Assembly (NCBI RefSeq): GCF_002105155.1
Contig: NW_019029022.1
Location: forward strand, 124,001 to 188,000
From: Lobosporangium transversale
Taxonomy: Eukaryota
Direction: 5' to 3'
DNA length: 64,000 bases
The translations under genes and the position numbers were made by a program. The notes below the pieces were generated by a model. The model saw only the letters and a program-made list of their open reading frames with translations, was not told the origin of the DNA and did no database searches. Each line of letters begins with the position of its first letter. The first letter of the stretch is position 1. Positions 61,672 through 64,000 of the stretch are shown here, in pieces.

Positions 61672-63755
61672 TCAGCTCCACTCCTTCTCTCCAGGGGCAG
61701 CAATTCCCAGGAAACCAACGCGTAAAGCTTTCACACTGTCATTCTTTCCATGTGTCTCATACACCCACTTCTCAGATCTTTCCCACAACTCCATCACATC
61801 CTTGCCTTCCCTAGCAACATGTTCTGCTTCGACAGTGCACTGAGGTGTCAGGACTATAGCTTCTTTAGCGGTGCTATGGTGCTTGTAGTCATCCAAGGGA
61901 TGTGTGATCCTGGCTGGGAAAAGATCCACCCCATCCTTTGTCTTTGTTCCAGTAGTCTCTCCATACGCAAATTGGATCCACATCGTCTGTACTCGCTCCA
62001 TGAATCGTTTTTCATCCTCATTCAAGACTTTCTCGAGTGCATAGTCTGGTCCGAACACATACACAAGATCAAGACCATGATGCGCACCCCAGCCACGGCC
62101 AACAGCATCCACTGCCTCAATAGAGCGTTCAAAATAATACTGAAATAACTTGAACCTTTCTTCTCCCTCCTTTGAACCCTCGCGCAACGGCTGTGTTGAT
62201 GGTTGGGAGGACCTGTCCAGGTCTTTGCGCTTGGAGAGTGCTCGTAGGATAGAAAAAGTAGGAAAGGTGAAGTGGTAATCCTGCAATACTCGTGCACACA
62301 TTCGCTTTGCATCCGAGTCGGTCTTTGGTTTTCCATACACCTTTTCCCACAGCTGTCGGCTGGTTTCATCAGGGGGACAGAATTTTTCGTACAGTCTCGG
62401 TAACCCCTCTACTGTTTCTACCCCAAGGGCTGATACGAACATAATCATCTCGTGCAATGTGGCTCCAATCATGACAGCTCTGACACCTTGGTCGAACATA
62501 TCGGTTTTATGAATCCGTAAGCGTACGTCTTCAGGGATCATCACTCCATCCACATAGGGTGCGAACATTCGAATCTTCGCAGAAGATGCGATTTGTCCCA
62601 ACTCTTTACCGGGCACTTTTTTCAGTAGCTCAAGCTTCTCTTTCCCAGATAGCTCCTTAGGGATATTAAAGTGATTGACCAGATAATCGAAATATATTTT
62701 CCCTTCCACATGAGGCCGGATAGCTGCAAGGGTAGTCATAGCACCGGAATGCATAATTGCCCGGTGAAAGAGACCATGATGCTGAGGAGTCAACGTATGA
62801 CAATTGATGCTTATAGCACCAGCTGATTGACCCATAGCCGTGATATTGGAGGGATCACCACCAAAAGCTGCAATGTTGTTGTGGACCCATTCAAACGCAA
62901 GACGTTGGTCTTGAAGTCCCCAGTTCCCGGTAGCCCTCTCGTAATCAGTCTTGAGATTTGGATCCGACTCAATATCTGCAATAAGCTCTGGACAAGAGAA
63001 GAACCCGTGGAAGTTAAGTCGATAGTTGGGAACAACCACAATCACAGGACGCCCTAGCTTTGTTGCCTGGCGGACCAGATTACTGCCATCTAAAATAGCC
63101 GACTCTTTTATTTAATAACTGCTTTCTTCCCCCTTTCTTTCACTCATTCATTCATTCTTTCTCTGATCCCTTAATGTGAGAAGGAAAGATTATAATTTTA
63201 AATGCATATCAAATCTTACCATAGAGCTCCATAACATTGGCGCCATCACTAAATCCACCTCCATGAATATACACAATGACAGCTACACCTTTGCCCTTCG
63301 CTTGTGCTGCCTCGGTTACTTCCTTTTTCAGTGTATCCTCATGCACAAAAACGTTGAGGTTCAGACAGTTCTTTTCATCAAACTTCGTAGTCTCGTCGTC
63401 AAAGTCGATAAGTGAATAGGAATTAATCACTCTTGAAAAACGCACTTCCCCTTTTGGTTGAGGACAGACAGGCCTAAGGAGAAGAACAGGAAACCCATAC
63501 AGAAGTTCATTGGTATGCATTTCTTTTTTCTTTTATTTTCTTTTCTTTTATTTTTATTTTTTGGATCCATATACCCCAATTTGGTCGCATCACGAACACC
63601 GGTCCATGGCTCAGGCTTAACAGCAGGCCGCCACCTCTCATGAACGACACCGAAGGGAACATTCAAGAAGCGAACAACATCTTTGTTTGGATCCAATGCA
63701 CCTTGGATAACACCTTGGTTTGCAATGTGAATCTGAGTTGTGTCTGATGGCTCAT
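61672..63755 (-). CDS. Type-B carboxylesterase, paralog 2; homologous ATG is out of frame (possible recent pseudogene)
   Basis: Same exon structure and motifs as paralog 1 (YIHGGGF, GQSAG, AHHGLDL). Start reads ATGAG-CCATCA versus ATGAGTCAGCCATCA in paralog 1, a 4-bp deletion. Confidence 0.8.
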
Positions 63756-64000
63756 ATTGGAAAAAAAAAAAAAAAAAAAAAAAAAAGTAGAGGAAAAAGG
63801 GAACGGAAGTAGGATATAACTTGAAAAGAAAGAAAAGAAAGAAAGAGATGGAGTGAGAGAAAGAGAGGATAGGGTAGGAAGGGCATCTTTTTCTACGAGC
63901 CCCGCAGTAAGGAATTTTCTCTTAAGGTCATTTGCTTTATGAACCCATCTTGCCTGAAACTATCGGCCTTGGATCCAGAGCTTGAGTGCACAGTCATTCT

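Overview
Intron-rich, homopolymer-rich fungal DNA. Gene content and style suggest an early-diverging fungus, probably Mortierellaceae; this is inference only. Ordinary genes in order: alpha/beta hydrolase (truncated by the window), ataxin-10 homolog, F-box/LRR-like protein, WD40 pseudogene relic, PHOSPHO-type HAD phosphatase, Med12, chorismate mutase, HIT zinc-finger protein, Sdh5, class I phosphodiesterase, phosphoglycerate dehydrogenase, and two tandem type-B carboxylesterases separated by a young Ty3/Gypsy LTR retrotransposon. The main unexplained structure is 29.1-39.7 kb. It is an 8.5-kb palindrome with ~3-kb essentially identical outer arms and diverged inner arms. It carries two convergent copies of an unannotated five-exon transcription unit (TATA box, 4 GT-AG introns, conserved AATAAA island). 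The predicted RNA folds into a ~600-nt rod with strong G.U-wobble strand bias and also holds a 145-codon spliced ORF. Its upstream region is itself an older, nearly spacerless ~1.5-kb palindrome. The retrotransposon has an extra antisense gene with its own poly(A) signal and a PBS complementary to its own LTR. All alignments, splicing and folding were done by eye, with no database searches.
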